From positions 2,353-66,352 of the forward strand of contig CAZQFA010000011.1 of assembly GCA_964592245.1 (NCBI GenBank): a DNA stretch of 64,000 bases, given 5' to 3'. This document shows, piece by piece, positions 1-11,442 of this stretch; within the stretch, counting starts at the first letter, position 1, and each line of letters starts with the position of its first letter. The notes below the pieces were generated by a model. That model searched no databases. It had not been told where the DNA came from and saw only the letters and a program-made list of their open reading frames with translations. The DNA comes from an uncultured Pseudohongiella sp. Its GTDB lineage: Bacteria; Pseudomonadota; Gammaproteobacteria; Pseudomonadales; Pseudohongiellaceae. The translations under genes and the position numbers were made by a program.

Positions 1-606
1 CTGCAAATACTGGGTGTTTGTTCGGCGTTGGCGGTGACGACACAGTTAAGTGTAACGCTGGTCATGTGCGTGGCACTGACCTCGGTTACGGCATTCTCGA
101 ATCTGTTCATTTCGATGATTCGTCATCACATGCCATCCAGTATTCGCATCATTGTGCAGATGACTATTATTGCCTCTCTGGTAATCGCTGTTGATCAGCT
201 GCTGCAGGCGTTCGCCTACGAGCTGAGCAAGGGCTTGAGTGTCTTTGTCGGGCTGATCATCACTAACTGTATCGTTATGGGTCGCGCCGAAGCGTTTGCC
301 ATGAAAAATCCGCCGTTCATCAGCTTTCTTGATGGCATCGGTAACGGGCTCGGCTATTCACTGGTGTTAATTACGGTAGCAACTATTCGCGAACTGTTTG
401 GTTCCGGCTCCATCCTGGGTTTCCAGATATTACCACTGGTCTCTAATGGCGGCTGGTATCAGGGCAATGGTCTGATGCTGTTGTCACCCAGTGCGTTCTT
501 TATCATCGGCTTCTTCATCTGGGCATTACGCAGTCGTCGTAAAGAACAGGTGGAGCATAATGAATACCGTCTGGCCAGCCACACAACAGCTGAGGAGGCC
601 GCCTGA
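1..606 (+). CDS. nqrD: Na+-translocating NADH:quinone oxidoreductase subunit D (5' end cut by window edge)
   Basis: Frame 1 is open from nt 1 ([14 protein letters not shown]...). Polytopic membrane protein with NqrD-type motifs [20 protein letters not shown] and [19 protein letters not shown]. Its TGA overlaps the nqrE ATG (TGATG), and nqrE, nqrF, apbE, nqrM follow. Confidence 0.95.
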   Translation: MQILGVCSALAVTTQLSVTLVMCVALTSVTAFSNLFISMIRHHMPSSIRIIVQMTIIASLVIAVDQLLQAFAYELSKGLSVFVGLIITNCIVMGRAEAFAMKNPPFISFLDGIGNGLGYSLVLITVATIRELFGSGSILGFQILPLVSNGGWYQGNGLMLLSPSAFFIIGFFIWALRSRRKEQVEHNEYRLASHTTAEEAA

Positions 607-1214
607 TGGAAGCGCTTCTGAGCTTGTTTGTACAAGCTGTATTCATCGAGAACATGGCGCTGCAGATGTTCCTCGGTATGTGCACCTTTCTGGCAGTCTC
701 CAAGAAAGTTGAAACTGCGATCGGTCTTGGTATTGCCGTGGTAGTAGTGCAGATCATTACGATCCCGGTCAACAATTTGATCTTTAACTATTTGCTGCGC
801 GACGGCGCATTGAGCTGGCTCGGTTTTGATGATCTGTCGCTCAATTTTCTCGGCTACCTTTGTTACATCGGTGTGATTGCCGCCATCGTGCAAATCATGG
901 AGATGTTCCTCGACAAATTTGTCCCGGCTCTCTACAACGCGCTCGGCGTGTTTCTGCCACTGATCACAGTGAACTGCGCCATTCTCGGTGCCACTTTGTT
1001 CATGACCGAGCGCGATTACAGTTTCGCCGAGAGTGTGGCATTTGGTGCGGGTGCCGGAGTAGGTTGGGCGTTAGCTATTATCTTGCTGGCGGCAATACGT
1101 GAAAAACTGAAATACAGTGATGTACCCGAAGGGTTACGTGGTCTAGGCATTACTTTTATTACGGTAGGGTTGATGTCGCTTGGTTTTATGTCTCTTGGTG
1201 GCATTTCTCTGTAG
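606..1214 (+). CDS. nqrE: Na+-translocating NADH:quinone oxidoreductase subunit E
   Basis: 202-aa polytopic membrane protein with NqrE/RnfA-like motifs [15 protein letters not shown] and [13 protein letters not shown]. Sits between nqrD and nqrF. Confidence 0.95.
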   Translation: MEALLSLFVQAVFIENMALQMFLGMCTFLAVSKKVETAIGLGIAVVVVQIITIPVNNLIFNYLLRDGALSWLGFDDLSLNFLGYLCYIGVIAAIVQIMEMFLDKFVPALYNALGVFLPLITVNCAILGATLFMTERDYSFAESVAFGAGAGVGWALAIILLAAIREKLKYSDVPEGLRGLGITFITVGLMSLGFMSLGGISL

Positions 1215-1226
1215 TACGGAATATTA

Positions 1227-2456
1227 ATGATCGATTTCGCAACAATCATAGGTGGTGTCGCACTGTTCACAGTCGTTGTGATGCTGTTGGTCGCCGGCAT
1301 TCTCTTCGCCCGATCACGGCTGGTCAGCAGCGGTGACGTGCGTATCGAAATCAATGGCGACCCGGATCGCTCGATCACGGTGCCAGCTGGTGGCAAGTTG
1401 CTGAATACGCTGGCCGATGCCGGTATCTTTCTTTCTTCAGCCTGTGGTGGCGGCGGTACCTGCGCCCAGTGTAAATGTCAGGTGCTCGATGGTGGTGGCT
1501 CCATGCTGCCGACAGAGGCAGGACATTTCACTCGCGGGCAGGCGAAGGACAACTGGCGTTTGTCCTGTCAGGTGACTGTCAAACAGGATCTGAAAATTCA
1601 GGTGGCGCCCGAGTTCTTTGGCGTCAAACAGTGGGAATGCGAAGTGGTCTCCAATGACAACGTGGCCACATTCATTAAGGAACTGGTGCTGAAAATTCCT
1701 GACGGCGAAAGTGTCGATTTCCGCGCCGGTGGCTATGTGCAATTGGAAGTGCCGCCGCACGAAGTCCATTACAAGGACTTCGTCATTGGTGAAGAATACC
1801 GTGGCGACTGGGAGCGATTCGGGCTGTTCGATATCGTCTCCAAAGTGAATGACACGACAGTGCGTGCCTATTCCATGGCGAACTACCCGGAAGAGCGGGG
1901 CATTATCAAATTCAATATTCGTATTGCCACGCCACCACCAGGCAAGAACGTACCACCAGGCAAAATGTCCTCTTATGTGTTCAGTCTGAAGCCGGGTGAC
2001 AAAGTCAAAGTGTTTGGTCCCTTTGGTGAATTCTTTGCCAAGGATACCGATGCCGAGATGGTCTTTATTGGTGGCGGTGCCGGTATGGCGCCCATGCGAT
2101 CGCATATTTTCGACCAGCTGCGTCGATTGCACAGCAAGCGCAAGATCAGCTTCTGGTATGGCGCGCGTAGCCTGCGAGAGATGTTCTACGAGGAAGATTA
2201 CAACGAACTGGCTGGAGAGAACGACAATTTTGAATGGCATGTGGCGCTTTCTGATCCACAACCGGAAGACAACTGGGATGGTATGACCGGCTTTATCCAC
2301 AATGTGGTGCTGGAGAATTACCTGAAAGATCACCCGGCGCCGGAAGATTGTGAATATTATATGTGTGGGCCGCCCATGATGAACGCAGCGGTGATCAAAA
2401 TGCTCAAGGATCTCGGCGTGGAGGATGAGAACATCGCACTAGACGAATTTTCATGA
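1227..2456 (+). CDS. nqrF: Na+-translocating NADH:quinone oxidoreductase subunit F
   Basis: 409 aa. N-terminal TM helix, 2Fe-2S ferredoxin motif [15 protein letters not shown] motif [13 protein letters not shown] motif [12 protein letters not shown]. Confidence 0.96.
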   Translation: MIDFATIIGGVALFTVVVMLLVAGILFARSRLVSSGDVRIEINGDPDRSITVPAGGKLLNTLADAGIFLSSACGGGGTCAQCKCQVLDGGGSMLPTEAGHFTRGQAKDNWRLSCQVTVKQDLKIQVAPEFFGVKQWECEVVSNDNVATFIKELVLKIPDGESVDFRAGGYVQLEVPPHEVHYKDFVIGEEYRGDWERFGLFDIVSKVNDTTVRAYSMANYPEERGIIKFNIRIATPPPGKNVPPGKMSSYVFSLKPGDKVKVFGPFGEFFAKDTDAEMVFIGGGAGMAPMRSHIFDQLRRLHSKRKISFWYGARSLREMFYEEDYNELAGENDNFEWHVALSDPQPEDNWDGMTGFIHNVVLENYLKDHPAPEDCEYYMCGPPMMNAAVIKMLKDLGVEDENIALDEFS

Positions 2457-3505
2457 GCGCAATCTTTCGTCGTCATGCCTTTGCCATCACTTTGCTGGCA
2501 CTCGTTTTTTGGGGCATTCTTTTTACCGGTGATAGTGACGGCGAGATCAGCCGTTTATCCGGTCTCACGATGGGCACCAGCTACGAGTTACAGGTAGTTG
2601 ATTTGCCACAGCACACCACTCTGGAGCAGTCCAGACTGGATGTTGCGAGTTTATTACAGCGTCTGGATCGGGAAGTCTTTTCCACCTACGCACCGCAGTC
2701 TGAATTGTCCCGCTTCAATGCCGTCGCTGCCGGCGAGACCGTGCAAGTATCACCCGATCTGTTCGCGGTGCTGGCACTGGCATTAATAATTTCTGATTTA
2801 AGCAATGGCGCTTTTGATGTCACGGTAGGACCGCTGGTCGATATGTGGGGGTTCGGCCCGGATCCGCGCGTGCTGCCCGAGCAAAGCCCCAGTAGTGATG
2901 CTATCGCCCGGGTGAAGGAACGCGTTGGCTATCAATATTTAGAGTTGGACGAAGAATCGCTCACAGTCACCAAGTTACGCGACGTGCGGGTTGATCTCAG
3001 TGCGATCGCCAAAGGCTATGCGGTAGACAAGGTGGGGGACTATTTTGATAGTCTGGGTGTTGCGAGCTATTTTCTGGAGATTGGCGGCGAGTTAAAGATG
3101 AAAGGGCTGAAACCCGGCGGCCTTACCTGGGTGCCGGCCATTGAGGCGCCTGTCGACTCGGCGTCGCAGATCTATGAGATTTTTTTCAGTCACGGCGAGC
3201 ACATAGCCGTTGCCGGCTCCGGCGACTACCGGAATTATTTTGAGCAAGACGGTCAACGTTATTCGCACGAGATTGATCCGAGAACGGGCAGGCCGATTAG
3301 CCATGATCTGGCGGCGGCGTATGTCATTGACGATACAGCGGCACGCGCCGATGGTTTCGCCACCGCCTATATGATTATGGGGCGCGAGGCAGCGATAGCA
3401 CTGGCTGAGTCCATTGCGCAGCCGATATACCTGATATACAAAGACGAAAATGGTGACTTCGCCGATTACACCAATGCGGCATTCAGCCATTTTCTGGAAG
3501 AGTGA
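2453..3505 (+). CDS. apbE: FAD:protein FMN transferase (flavin transferase for NqrB/NqrC)
   Basis: 350 aa with ApbE-like motifs [31 protein letters not shown] overlaps the nqrF stop (ATGA). Canonical position after nqrF. Confidence 0.9.
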   Translation: MSAIFRRHAFAITLLALVFWGILFTGDSDGEISRLSGLTMGTSYELQVVDLPQHTTLEQSRLDVASLLQRLDREVFSTYAPQSELSRFNAVAAGETVQVSPDLFAVLALALIISDLSNGAFDVTVGPLVDMWGFGPDPRVLPEQSPSSDAIARVKERVGYQYLELDEESLTVTKLRDVRVDLSAIAKGYAVDKVGDYFDSLGVASYFLEIGGELKMKGLKPGGLTWVPAIEAPVDSASQIYEIFFSHGEHIAVAGSGDYRNYFEQDGQRYSHEIDPRTGRPISHDLAAAYVIDDTAARADGFATAYMIMGREAAIALAESIAQPIYLIYKDENGDFADYTNAAFSHFLEE

Positions 3506-3508
3506 GAC

Positions 3509-3694
3509 ATGGCAACGTTACTAGTGAGCTTTTTTATTATTGCGGTTGTTATAGGCATTATGTCCATCGGCGTACTGATGGGGCGTAAACCCGTGCAGGG
3601 TTCCTGCGGCGGACTGGGTAATGTGAAAGGACTCGATGAATGTGAACTGTGCGGTGGCAGCCGCAACAAGTGTGAAGAATTCAATACCAACTGA
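3509..3694 (+). CDS. nqrM: (Na+)-NQR maturation protein NqrM (DUF539)
   Basis: 61 aa. One TM helix followed by a Cys cluster GSCGGLGN...CELCGGSRNKC. Canonical position directly after apbE. Confidence 0.85.
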   Translation: MATLLVSFFIIAVVIGIMSIGVLMGRKPVQGSCGGLGNVKGLDECELCGGSRNKCEEFNTN

Positions 3695-3717
3695 TGGAAT
3701 CAACCCCGTACTGAGCA

Positions 3718-5160
3718 ATGGCTAAAAAGAAACCAGCAGTAAAAGAAGGCAAGAAAAAGACTCCTGCCTATGAACGGCAGAAAGAACATTATGACATCGT
3801 CGTAATCGGTGCCGGCCCGGCGGGTGAGGCAGCGGCCATGAATGCCAAGAAGAAGGGGCGTTCGGTGGCGATAATCTGCGATCTCGACACAGTCGGTGGC
3901 AGTTGCACGCATCTCGGTACAATTCCGTCGAAGGCGCTGCGTCATACCGTCAAGGAAGTCATGGCCTTCAACACCAATCCGATGTTTCGGGATTTTGGGG
4001 ACGTGCGCAAACTGAGCTTTGAGCAAATCCTCAAACACGCTAACCGGGTAATCTTTGAACAGGTGCAGATGCGAACGGATTTCTACGATCGCAACCATGT
4101 ACCCATCATCAAAGGGCGAGCCGAATTTGTTGATGAGCACACTATCAAGCTGATCAGCAAGCGCAAGAAAATCTCCGCCGACTATTTCATCATTGCTACC
4201 GGTTCCAGGCCTTACCACCCGCCAGATGTGGACTTTGATCACCCGCTAATCTTCGATAGCGATACCATCCTTACGCTGGATCACTCCCCACGCAAGGTCA
4301 CAATTATCGGTGCAGGCGTCATTGGTTGTGAATACGCCTCTATTTTTGGTGGGCTGGGTTACAAAGTCGAAATGATTAACCCTAACAACAGTCTTCTGGA
4401 TTTTCTCGATACCGAAATCAGTGATGCGCTGGCTTATCATTTACGCAATCTCGGCGTGCGCAGCCGGCATAACGAGCGTTATGAAAATATCGAGTACCAT
4501 AAAGACCATATTGTCACCTACCTGCAATCCGGCAAGAAGATCAAGAGCGATATCGTGCTCTGGGCGAACGGCCGCACCGGCAATACCCAGAACATGGGGC
4601 TGGAGGCACTGGGGCTGCAAGCGAATGGTCGTGGTCAGTTAACCGTCAACAAGCAATACCAGACCAAGGTCAAGCACATCTATGCTGCCGGCGATGTCGT
4701 GGGTTGGCCGGCATTGGCAGGGGCCGCCTATGACCAGGGCCGAGCGGCCAGCAATGCCATCGTGGCTCCTGAACAGTGCTCACCGGTGGAGGAAGTGGCC
4801 ACGGGCATTTATACGATTCCCGAAATCAGCACTCTCGGTCGCACCGAGGCTGAGCTGACAGCGGAAAGAGTCCCTTATGAAGTAGGCAAGGCCTTCTTCA
4901 AGAACACAGCCAGAGCACAAATCACTGGCGAGCAGGTGGGTATGCTGAAGCTGATTTTCCATTTTGATACGTTGGAAATCCTCGGCATCCATTGTTTCGG
5001 CGACCAGGCCTCTGAGATTGTGCATATTGGCCAGGCTATCATGCGCCAAAAAGGGGAAGCCAACAGCATGAACTACTTCCTCACCACCACCTTCAATTAC
5101 CCGACCATGGCAGAGGCCTATCGGACAGCGGCACTGGACGGGCTGAACCGGGTGTTCTGA
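3718..5160 (+). CDS. sthA: soluble pyridine nucleotide transhydrogenase
   Basis: 480 aa. FAD motif [31 protein letters not shown], and a C-terminus [24 protein letters not shown] very close to SthA/UdhA as I remember it. An in-frame TGA lies two codons upstream of the ATG. Confidence 0.93.
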   Translation: MAKKKPAVKEGKKKTPAYERQKEHYDIVVIGAGPAGEAAAMNAKKKGRSVAIICDLDTVGGSCTHLGTIPSKALRHTVKEVMAFNTNPMFRDFGDVRKLSFEQILKHANRVIFEQVQMRTDFYDRNHVPIIKGRAEFVDEHTIKLISKRKKISADYFIIATGSRPYHPPDVDFDHPLIFDSDTILTLDHSPRKVTIIGAGVIGCEYASIFGGLGYKVEMINPNNSLLDFLDTEISDALAYHLRNLGVRSRHNERYENIEYHKDHIVTYLQSGKKIKSDIVLWANGRTGNTQNMGLEALGLQANGRGQLTVNKQYQTKVKHIYAAGDVVGWPALAGAAYDQGRAASNAIVAPEQCSPVEEVATGIYTIPEISTLGRTEAELTAERVPYEVGKAFFKNTARAQITGEQVGMLKLIFHFDTLEILGIHCFGDQASEIVHIGQAIMRQKGEANSMNYFLTTTFNYPTMAEAYRTAALDGLNRVF

Positions 5161-5288
5161 GACGAAGCGGACGTCTACCCGTACCAAGGGTGCTTGCCAA
5201 GAAACTGATTGGGGGTTACTTTTCAAGCAATGGGGTGACGAGGCAGACGCCCGTGCCCCATCTTCGTGCCCGGTAACAGGAGACACTA

Positions 5289-5759
5289 ATGAAAAGAACT
5301 GCCAAAGATATTTTGCAGGAAAAAGGCGGTCATCTGGTCACCATCAATTCTGATGCGACCGTTTATCAAGCCTTGACCGTGATGACGCAGAACAAGGTCG
5401 GCGCCATCGTCATCGTCGAAGAAGATAAAATCGTTGGCATCTGGACAGAGCGCGATCTGATGTTCAGAGCATTGGAAGAAGGCTTCGATCCCAAGACGGC
5501 GCGCTTGCGCGACAACATGAGTGTCAATCTCATTTCCGCGAACGTCAATGAAACCGCCTATCAACTCTATGACAAATTCCTCGGCCGCCGAATTCGCCAT
5601 TTGTTGGTCGAAGAGGGTGGCGATTACATCGGCATCCTGTCGGTAGGTGATGTCATGAAGGCCAACCTGCAGCAGGCGAGCGAAGAGTTACAAGAACTCA
5701 ACGAAATGGTCAGCCTGGAGTACTACGAAAACTGGAAAGAGGTGCAGGCCACACGTTAA
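5289..5759 (+). CDS. CBS-pair domain protein, function unknown
   Basis: 156 aa. AGGAG about 7 nt upstream of the ATG. Two CBS-like repeats (VGAIVIVEEDKIVGIWTERDL and HLLVEEGGDYIGILSVGDVMK) and a short helical tail. No other domain recognisable. Confidence 0.8.
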   Translation: MKRTAKDILQEKGGHLVTINSDATVYQALTVMTQNKVGAIVIVEEDKIVGIWTERDLMFRALEEGFDPKTARLRDNMSVNLISANVNETAYQLYDKFLGRRIRHLLVEEGGDYIGILSVGDVMKANLQQASEELQELNEMVSLEYYENWKEVQATR

Positions 5760-6657
5760 GCAGCGCAGATGAGTCAGTGGGCCGTCGAGACAGTTGACGG
5801 TCCATGGCTGCTGTCCTCCTGGCTCTTGCTCGCCGCGAAAAACCGTGTGTTTCTCCGCGCAGGCAATTCTTCCAACCAGTTTTTGTCATCACTTTTTGCG
5901 AAAATCGCACAGCGGTTTTCATCCGCTCACACGCCCCCGTGTGCAGCGGTTTACCAGCCTCCGGAGACTGACAAAATACTTGCCATATCCGCGCCATCCA
6001 TGTAACTATGCTAACGCGTAAAAGCCGCATTGCTCGGCTGATATGGCCTAGTAGTCTTGGCATAAAAGTTTCACTTACCGAGAACAATCCAATGCTTGGT
6101 GAAGTGAAGTCGATAATAATAAAGAGCCGTACTCTTTAACCTGAAATTCATAACGATCTGGTCTTCAGCAACTGCTTGATAGCCAGAGTCATTCAGCAGC
6201 AACAGCTTGCTGAAATTGAATCGCAGCTTACTGGGCTCCATACGTAGTGTGGAAACCTCATGGGTAGAGACAGACTTTTACAAGTCAGCCCGCTCACTTC
6301 ACCGGAATGGCTTTCCGGGCAGCAGGGTGCGTCTATCTATCCGGAAAGTATGAGTGGCCAACGTCTCCAACGGTCCATCTCTGACTCCCGACAATTGACA
6401 TCCCTCGATTCCATCCTGTCGCACGTGACTGGGGTTCGTGGGTGAATTGCATGCGTCATGCCTGAATATGCGGTACGGTTATAGGCTGAGTTTGTTAACA
6501 CGTTTATGAAGAGGGCTTTGCAAGAGATTCAGTAGTATTACCTGAGATGTGACGCGACACCGGACTCCGACCCTGGAGTAAATGTGTCAGCGCCGAAGTA
6601 CAGTAAGTGGATCGCCACGCCTTCCATGTAAACGATTCGAGATATCTGGAGTCGGAC
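5760..6657. other. ORF-poor spacer; presumed promoter/leader region of the nuo operon
   Basis: About 0.9 kb with only short ORFs that look non-protein-like in all six frames. Contains several perfect short hairpins (CACACG-cccc-CGTGTG near 5929, CCGGAA-tggct-TTCCGG near 6302, CAGCAA-cagc-TTGCTG near 6198). Lies directly upstream of nuoA. Confidence 0.5.
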
Positions 6658-7107
6658 TTGGAGTCAGCACAGGCAGTATTCGATGGCCTCCGGCCATTCC
6701 TGTTCTATACCGCTTTGGTTTTGGCGGTGGTAGTGACCATGCTGGGCCTGTCCTATTTTCTCGGGCAGCGCATCAATCGCAAATACAAAAACACCCCCTT
6801 CGAATCCGGCATCATTTCCGTGGGTAGCGCCCAGTTCCGGATTTCTGTTCATTTTTACCTTACCGCCATTCTCTTCATCATCTTCGATCTCGAAGTCGTC
6901 TTCCTGTTTGCCTGGGCTGTGGCGGTACGCGAGGCAGGCTGGCCCGGCTTTATCGAAATCAGCATTTTTATCTTTATTCTCATCGTTGCGCTGTTCTACC
7001 TCTGGCGCATCGGTGCGCTGGACTGGCGGACCCAGACTCAGCGCAGGGAACTCAAGACGCTGGCCGGGCCGGGTGGTGTCGTGAATAAAAAGGAGTTCAC
7101 GCTATGA
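6658..7107 (+). CDS. nuoA: NADH-quinone oxidoreductase subunit A
   Basis: Motifs [40 protein letters not shown] prefer TTG 6658 (GGAG at 6648-6651, 6-nt spacer, 149 aa, similar to the 147-aa E. coli protein). The ORF track's GTG 6607 is the alternative. Confidence 0.9.
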   Translation: MESAQAVFDGLRPFLFYTALVLAVVVTMLGLSYFLGQRINRKYKNTPFESGIISVGSAQFRISVHFYLTAILFIIFDLEVVFLFAWAVAVREAGWPGFIEISIFIFILIVALFYLWRIGALDWRTQTQRRELKTLAGPGGVVNKKEFTL

Positions 7108-7745
7108 ATTGGCAGTTGCAGTCAGTAGATGAAGCAACGTCGGCACAGCCGGGCGGCAGCGAGGTGGACGATTTTATTCGCCGCAATGTCATGATGGCCA
7201 AACTGGAAGACATGGTGGCCTGGGGACGAAAGAATTCCATCTGGCCCTTCAATTTCGGGTTGTCATGCTGCTATGTGGAGATGGCAACAGCCTTCACCAG
7301 TCGCCATGACCTGGCACGTTTTGGTGCCGAGGTTATTCGCGGAACTCCGCGTCAGGCGGACATGATCGTCATTGCTGGCACAGTATTTCGCAAGATGGCG
7401 CCAGTTGTGCGCCTCCTGTATGACCAGTTACTTGAGCCCAAGTGGGTGATTTCCATGGGCTCCTGTGCCAATTCCGGCGGCATGTATGACATCTACTCGG
7501 TTGTGCAAGGCGTCGACAAGTTCCTGCCAGTAGATGTGTATGTCTCGGGTTGTCCGCCGCGCCCGGAAGCCTTGTTGCAAGGTTTGATTCTGTTGCAGGA
7601 AGAAATTGGCCGTGAGCGACGGCCGCTGAGTTGGGTCATTAACGATCAGGGCATTATTCAGAAGGAAGCCACACCGGTGCAAAGAGATGTGCGCAGTCCG
7701 GACCGCATTGCTGCACGTGAGTTACGTTCGCCGGATGAAACTTAG
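7104..7745 (+). CDS. nuoB: NADH-quinone oxidoreductase subunit B
   Basis: 213 aa with [21 protein letters not shown] and [11 protein letters not shown]...SGCPPRPE (N2 Fe-S ligands). Overlaps the nuoA stop. Confidence 0.96.
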   Translation: MNWQLQSVDEATSAQPGGSEVDDFIRRNVMMAKLEDMVAWGRKNSIWPFNFGLSCCYVEMATAFTSRHDLARFGAEVIRGTPRQADMIVIAGTVFRKMAPVVRLLYDQLLEPKWVISMGSCANSGGMYDIYSVVQGVDKFLPVDVYVSGCPPRPEALLQGLILLQEEIGRERRPLSWVINDQGIIQKEATPVQRDVRSPDRIAARELRSPDET

Positions 7746-7804
7746 GCAGGACTATCCAGTTACTTCTATTGATTGAGTTTGTGAGTTTATAAGCAGTTAA
7801 CACC

Positions 7805-9580
7805 ATGCAAGTCGCAGAACAACAAGTTAACCAGCAGGCCACTGCGGATCTGTTTGCCCAGGTGCGGCAACAGTTCGCCGGTCGCATTCTGGCAGAGCAG
7901 TCGACTTGCGATGGCATCCCGACGTTCTGGGTAGATCGTGCGGATGCGAAAACCTTGCTGCGCTACCTGCATGAAGAAACGACGCCGAAATTCGAGATGC
8001 TATTCGATATTACGGCCATCGATGAGCGCGTGCGGGTCCACCGTGCTGGGCAGCCAGACAGTGAATTTACGGTGGTCTATCACCTGATGTCCTTCAATGG
8101 CGACTGCGACGTACGCGTCAAGGTGCCGCTACAGGACGCAGACTTGCAGCTGCCCACGGTGATTGAGCTATGGCCCAATGCCAACTGGTATGAGCGCGAG
8201 ACCTGGGACATGTTCGGTATCCGTTTCGAGGGCCATCCCAATCTCTATCGCATTGTGCTGCCGCCCACCTGGAAGGGGCATGCGCTGCGCAAGGAACATC
8301 CGGCGCGTGCCACCGAGATGGAACCTTTCTCCCTGGATGACGAACAGGAAGCCTTCGAGCAGGAAGCGCTTAAATTCAAACCAGAAGAATGGGGGATGAA
8401 GCGCCAGTCGGAAAATTCAGAATTCATGTTCCTTAATCTGGGGCCCAACCACCCCAGTGTGCACGGTGCATTCCGAATTGCCTTGCAACTGGATGGCGAA
8501 ATCCTTGTCGACGCGGTGCCCGATATTGGCTATCACCATCGCGGCGCCGAAAAAATGGGCGAGCGCCAATCCTGGCATACCTATATTCCCTATACCGATC
8601 GCATTGATTATCTCGGTGGCGTCATGAACAACCTGCCGTATGTCATGGCGGTGGAGAAAATGGCGGGAATTGAAGTGCCTGCGCGAGCACAAACCATTCG
8701 CGTCATGCTGGCAGAGATGTTCCGTATCTGTAGTCATTTGTTGTTCTACGGCACCTTTGCGCAAGATGTGGGACAACTGTCACCCATTTTCTACATGTTT
8801 GTTGAGCGCGAACGCATTTTTAACATCATCGAATCCATCTGCGGTGCACGTATGCATCCGGGCTGGTTCCGCATTGGCGGCGTTGCGCAGGATTTGCCGG
8901 CCGGCTGGGACGCCCGTGTGCGTGAGTTGCTGGAATTCATGCCGCCACGTCTGGATGAATATGACCGCATGGTGATGGACAACGGTATCGTCAAGCGTCG
9001 CACCCAGGGTGTGGGCGTCTACAACACGACCGAAGCGCTGGACTGGGGCGTCACTGGCGCCGGTTTGCGTGCCACTGGTCTGGAATGGGATTTCCGCAAA
9101 CGCCGGCCTTATAGTGGCTATGAGCAATATGAGTTTGATGTGCCGGTGGCTGTGAATGGTGATTGCTATGACCGCTGCGCCGTGCGTGTTGAAGAGATGC
9201 GTCAGAGTTTGCGCATCATCAAGCAGTGCCTTGATAACATGCCGGGTGGTGAGGTGAAATCTGATCACCCACTGACAACACCGCCGCGACGCAAAGAAGG
9301 GCTGCATGATATCGAAACGCTGATTAACCATTTCCTCAGTGTCAGCTGGGGACCGGTGATTCCACCCGATGAAGTGACCATGGCGATCGAAGCTACCAAG
9401 GGCATCAATTCCTATTATCTGGTGAGCGATGGCAGCACCACCAGCTACCGCACACGGATTCGCACGCCGTCATTTGCGCATTTGCAGATGATTCCGGAGA
9501 TTAGTCGCGGATTTATGGTGCCAGACCTGATTGCCATTATTGCCAGTATTGATTTTGTTATGGCGGACGTGGATCGATGA
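7805..9580 (+). CDS. nuoCD: NADH-quinone oxidoreductase fused subunit C/D
   Basis: 591 aa single ORF. The N-terminal part is NuoC-like ([15 protein letters not shown]) and the C-terminal part NuoD-like ([15 protein letters not shown], ending [12 protein letters not shown]). This fusion is typical of E. coli/Pseudomonas-type operons. Confidence 0.96.
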   Translation: MQVAEQQVNQQATADLFAQVRQQFAGRILAEQSTCDGIPTFWVDRADAKTLLRYLHEETTPKFEMLFDITAIDERVRVHRAGQPDSEFTVVYHLMSFNGDCDVRVKVPLQDADLQLPTVIELWPNANWYERETWDMFGIRFEGHPNLYRIVLPPTWKGHALRKEHPARATEMEPFSLDDEQEAFEQEALKFKPEEWGMKRQSENSEFMFLNLGPNHPSVHGAFRIALQLDGEILVDAVPDIGYHHRGAEKMGERQSWHTYIPYTDRIDYLGGVMNNLPYVMAVEKMAGIEVPARAQTIRVMLAEMFRICSHLLFYGTFAQDVGQLSPIFYMFVERERIFNIIESICGARMHPGWFRIGGVAQDLPAGWDARVRELLEFMPPRLDEYDRMVMDNGIVKRRTQGVGVYNTTEALDWGVTGAGLRATGLEWDFRKRRPYSGYEQYEFDVPVAVNGDCYDRCAVRVEEMRQSLRIIKQCLDNMPGGEVKSDHPLTTPPRRKEGLHDIETLINHFLSVSWGPVIPPDEVTMAIEATKGINSYYLVSDGSTTSYRTRIRTPSFAHLQMIPEISRGFMVPDLIAIIASIDFVMADVDR

Positions 9581-10119
9581 GTGAAGTCAGTATGAGTGAC
9601 AACAGTAACGTCATCGTTAGCAGCGCGAAGAAAGCGCGCAAGCTTAGTGCCGAGGAGATTGCCGAGATCGAACATGAGATGACGCTGTATCCGGACAAGA
9701 AGGCGGTCGGTCTCGAAGCGTTGAAAATTGTGCAAAAACACCAGGGCTGGGTGTCAGACGAGAGTCTGCTCGCCATCGCCAAATATCTGGAAATCCCGAT
9801 TGCGGACCTGGAAGGCGTGGCGACCTTTTTCAATCTCGTCTATCGCCAGCCGGTCGGCAAAAACGTCATTCTTTTTTGCAACAGCGTCAGCTGCTGGATC
9901 ACCGGCTGCAACAAGATCAAACAGCAATTGCATGACAAGCTTGGCATTGGCTTTGGCGAAACCACAACAGACAACGCCTTTACGCTGATCCCGGTGCCTT
10001 GTCTGGGGGATTGCGATAACGCACCGGTGATGATGGTGGGTGATGATCTGCATCGCAGACTCGATGCCGACAAAATTGACGCAATTATCGAACAATACAA
10101 AAACGCACAAGCAGAATAA
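9577..10119 (+). CDS. nuoE: NADH-quinone oxidoreductase subunit E
   Basis: 180 aa with 2Fe-2S motifs [11 protein letters not shown] and [13 protein letters not shown] overlap with nuoCD. Confidence 0.95.
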   Translation: MSEVSMSDNSNVIVSSAKKARKLSAEEIAEIEHEMTLYPDKKAVGLEALKIVQKHQGWVSDESLLAIAKYLEIPIADLEGVATFFNLVYRQPVGKNVILFCNSVSCWITGCNKIKQQLHDKLGIGFGETTTDNAFTLIPVPCLGDCDNAPVMMVGDDLHRRLDADKIDAIIEQYKNAQAE

Positions 10120-10139
10120 CTGACAGGAAATAATGCAAC

Positions 10140-11420
10140 GTGGTTAGTAATCCACTGACAAAAAACATCGATATGTCCCGGCCGCCGTTCAGTCTTGCTG
10201 ACTATGAGGCGGCGGATGGCTATCAGAGTATCAAGACCATTGCTGCCGGCATGAGCCCTGCGGATGTCATGCAGCAGGTCAAAGACAGTGGTTTAAAAGG
10301 ACGTGGTGGCGCCGGTTTCCCAACCGGATTGAAATGGAGCTTCGTGCCGCAGGGTGAAAACTCCCCGGCGCAGAAATACCTGGTCGTCAATGCAGATGAA
10401 ATGGAACCCGGCACCTTCAAAGACCGTCTGCTCATGGAAGGCGACCCGCATTTGTTAATAGAAGGCATGATTATCGCTGCCTATGCCATTGGCGCCAGTG
10501 TTGGCTATATCTTCTTGCGCGGTGAATACAAGGTCGCAGAGAAGGCGCTGCAAAAAGCCATTGCGGAAGCCAACGAACGCGGCTTCCTGGGCAAGGATAT
10601 TGCCGGTACCGGATTCAATCTACAGCTGATCCTGCACACCAGCGCCGGGCGCTATATCTGTGGTGAGGAAACGGCATTACTGAATGCTCTGGAAGGCAAG
10701 CGTGCCAACCCACGTGCGAAACCGCCATTCCCGCAGGTGAGCGGTTTGTGGGGTAAGCCGACAATCGTCAACAACGTGGAAACAATCTGCAATCTGCCTG
10801 GCATCATGCGTTATGGCGTGGAGTGGTATCACGGCCTGACCAAAGGCAAGGATCACGGCACCAAATTGTTTGGTGTGAGCGGGCGGGTGAAAAATCCGGG
10901 ATGCTGGGAGTTGCCACTGGGTACACCCATTCGGGAATTACTCGAAGCCAAGGCCGGGGGCATGCAGGATGGCCTCAAACTCAGGGGCTTTCTGCCAGGT
11001 GGCGGTTCGACTGACTTCATGCTGCCGGAACATCTGGATCTGAATCTCGATTACGATGACATCGCCAAGGTGGGTAGTCGTTTGGCGACCGGCACGATGA
11101 TCGTGCTGGATGATAAAACCTGCCCCGTTGGCATGATCGGCAACCTGATGACGTTCTTTTCCCATGAGTCCTGCGGTTTTTGCACGCCGTGTCGTGATGG
11201 TTTGCCGTGGGTGGATGCGATTTTTCAGGAGCTGGAGAGCGGACAGGGCAAGGAAAAAGACCTGCAGATACTGCATGAGCATGTGGATTATATGGGGCCA
11301 GGGCGCACGTTTTGCGCATTGGCGCCGGGAGCCACTGCGCCATTGGGTAGTGGCCTGAAATATTTTGCTGATGATTTCAAACAGCACATCGAGCAGCGTT
11401 GCTGTCCATACGATCACTGA
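10140..11420 (+). CDS. nuoF: NADH-quinone oxidoreductase subunit F
   Basis: 426 aa with NADH/FMN motifs GLKGRGGAGFPTGLKW and NADEMEPGTFKDR, and 4Fe-4S motif ESCGFCTPCR. Confidence 0.96.
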   Translation: MVSNPLTKNIDMSRPPFSLADYEAADGYQSIKTIAAGMSPADVMQQVKDSGLKGRGGAGFPTGLKWSFVPQGENSPAQKYLVVNADEMEPGTFKDRLLMEGDPHLLIEGMIIAAYAIGASVGYIFLRGEYKVAEKALQKAIAEANERGFLGKDIAGTGFNLQLILHTSAGRYICGEETALLNALEGKRANPRAKPPFPQVSGLWGKPTIVNNVETICNLPGIMRYGVEWYHGLTKGKDHGTKLFGVSGRVKNPGCWELPLGTPIRELLEAKAGGMQDGLKLRGFLPGGGSTDFMLPEHLDLNLDYDDIAKVGSRLATGTMIVLDDKTCPVGMIGNLMTFFSHESCGFCTPCRDGLPWVDAIFQELESGQGKEKDLQILHEHVDYMGPGRTFCALAPGATAPLGSGLKYFADDFKQHIEQRCCPYDH

Positions 11421-11442
11421 TGAAACTGGAGTTATAGAGGAA

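Noticed and set aside
5710-6445. Short ORFs in the nuoA upstream spacer (5769-6005, 5794-6021, 5710-6087 minus, 6260-6445) as possible genes or a pseudogene.
   Set aside because: They have no SD and mutually overlapping frames. Their odd composition (Cys/Pro/Arg/Ser-rich) resembles no family I recognise. I treat the region as non-coding but flag it as a finding.
6431-6445. GGGGTTCGTGGGTGA looked like a tRNA T-arm (GGTTCG).
   Set aside because: The flanks do not form a T stem, and no acceptor, D or anticodon arms can be built. It is not a tRNA.
11365-11442. N-terminal extensions proposed by the raw ORF track: nuoG from 11365, trpB from 36352, trpA from 37619, the OmpA-like gene from 24388, sixA from 23943, leuC from 28163, leuD from 29618, ilvE from 62377.
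   Set aside because: They overlap the preceding gene or translate a tandem repeat, and add residues absent from known family N-termini. Downstream starts have better SD spacing and match canonical N-termini.
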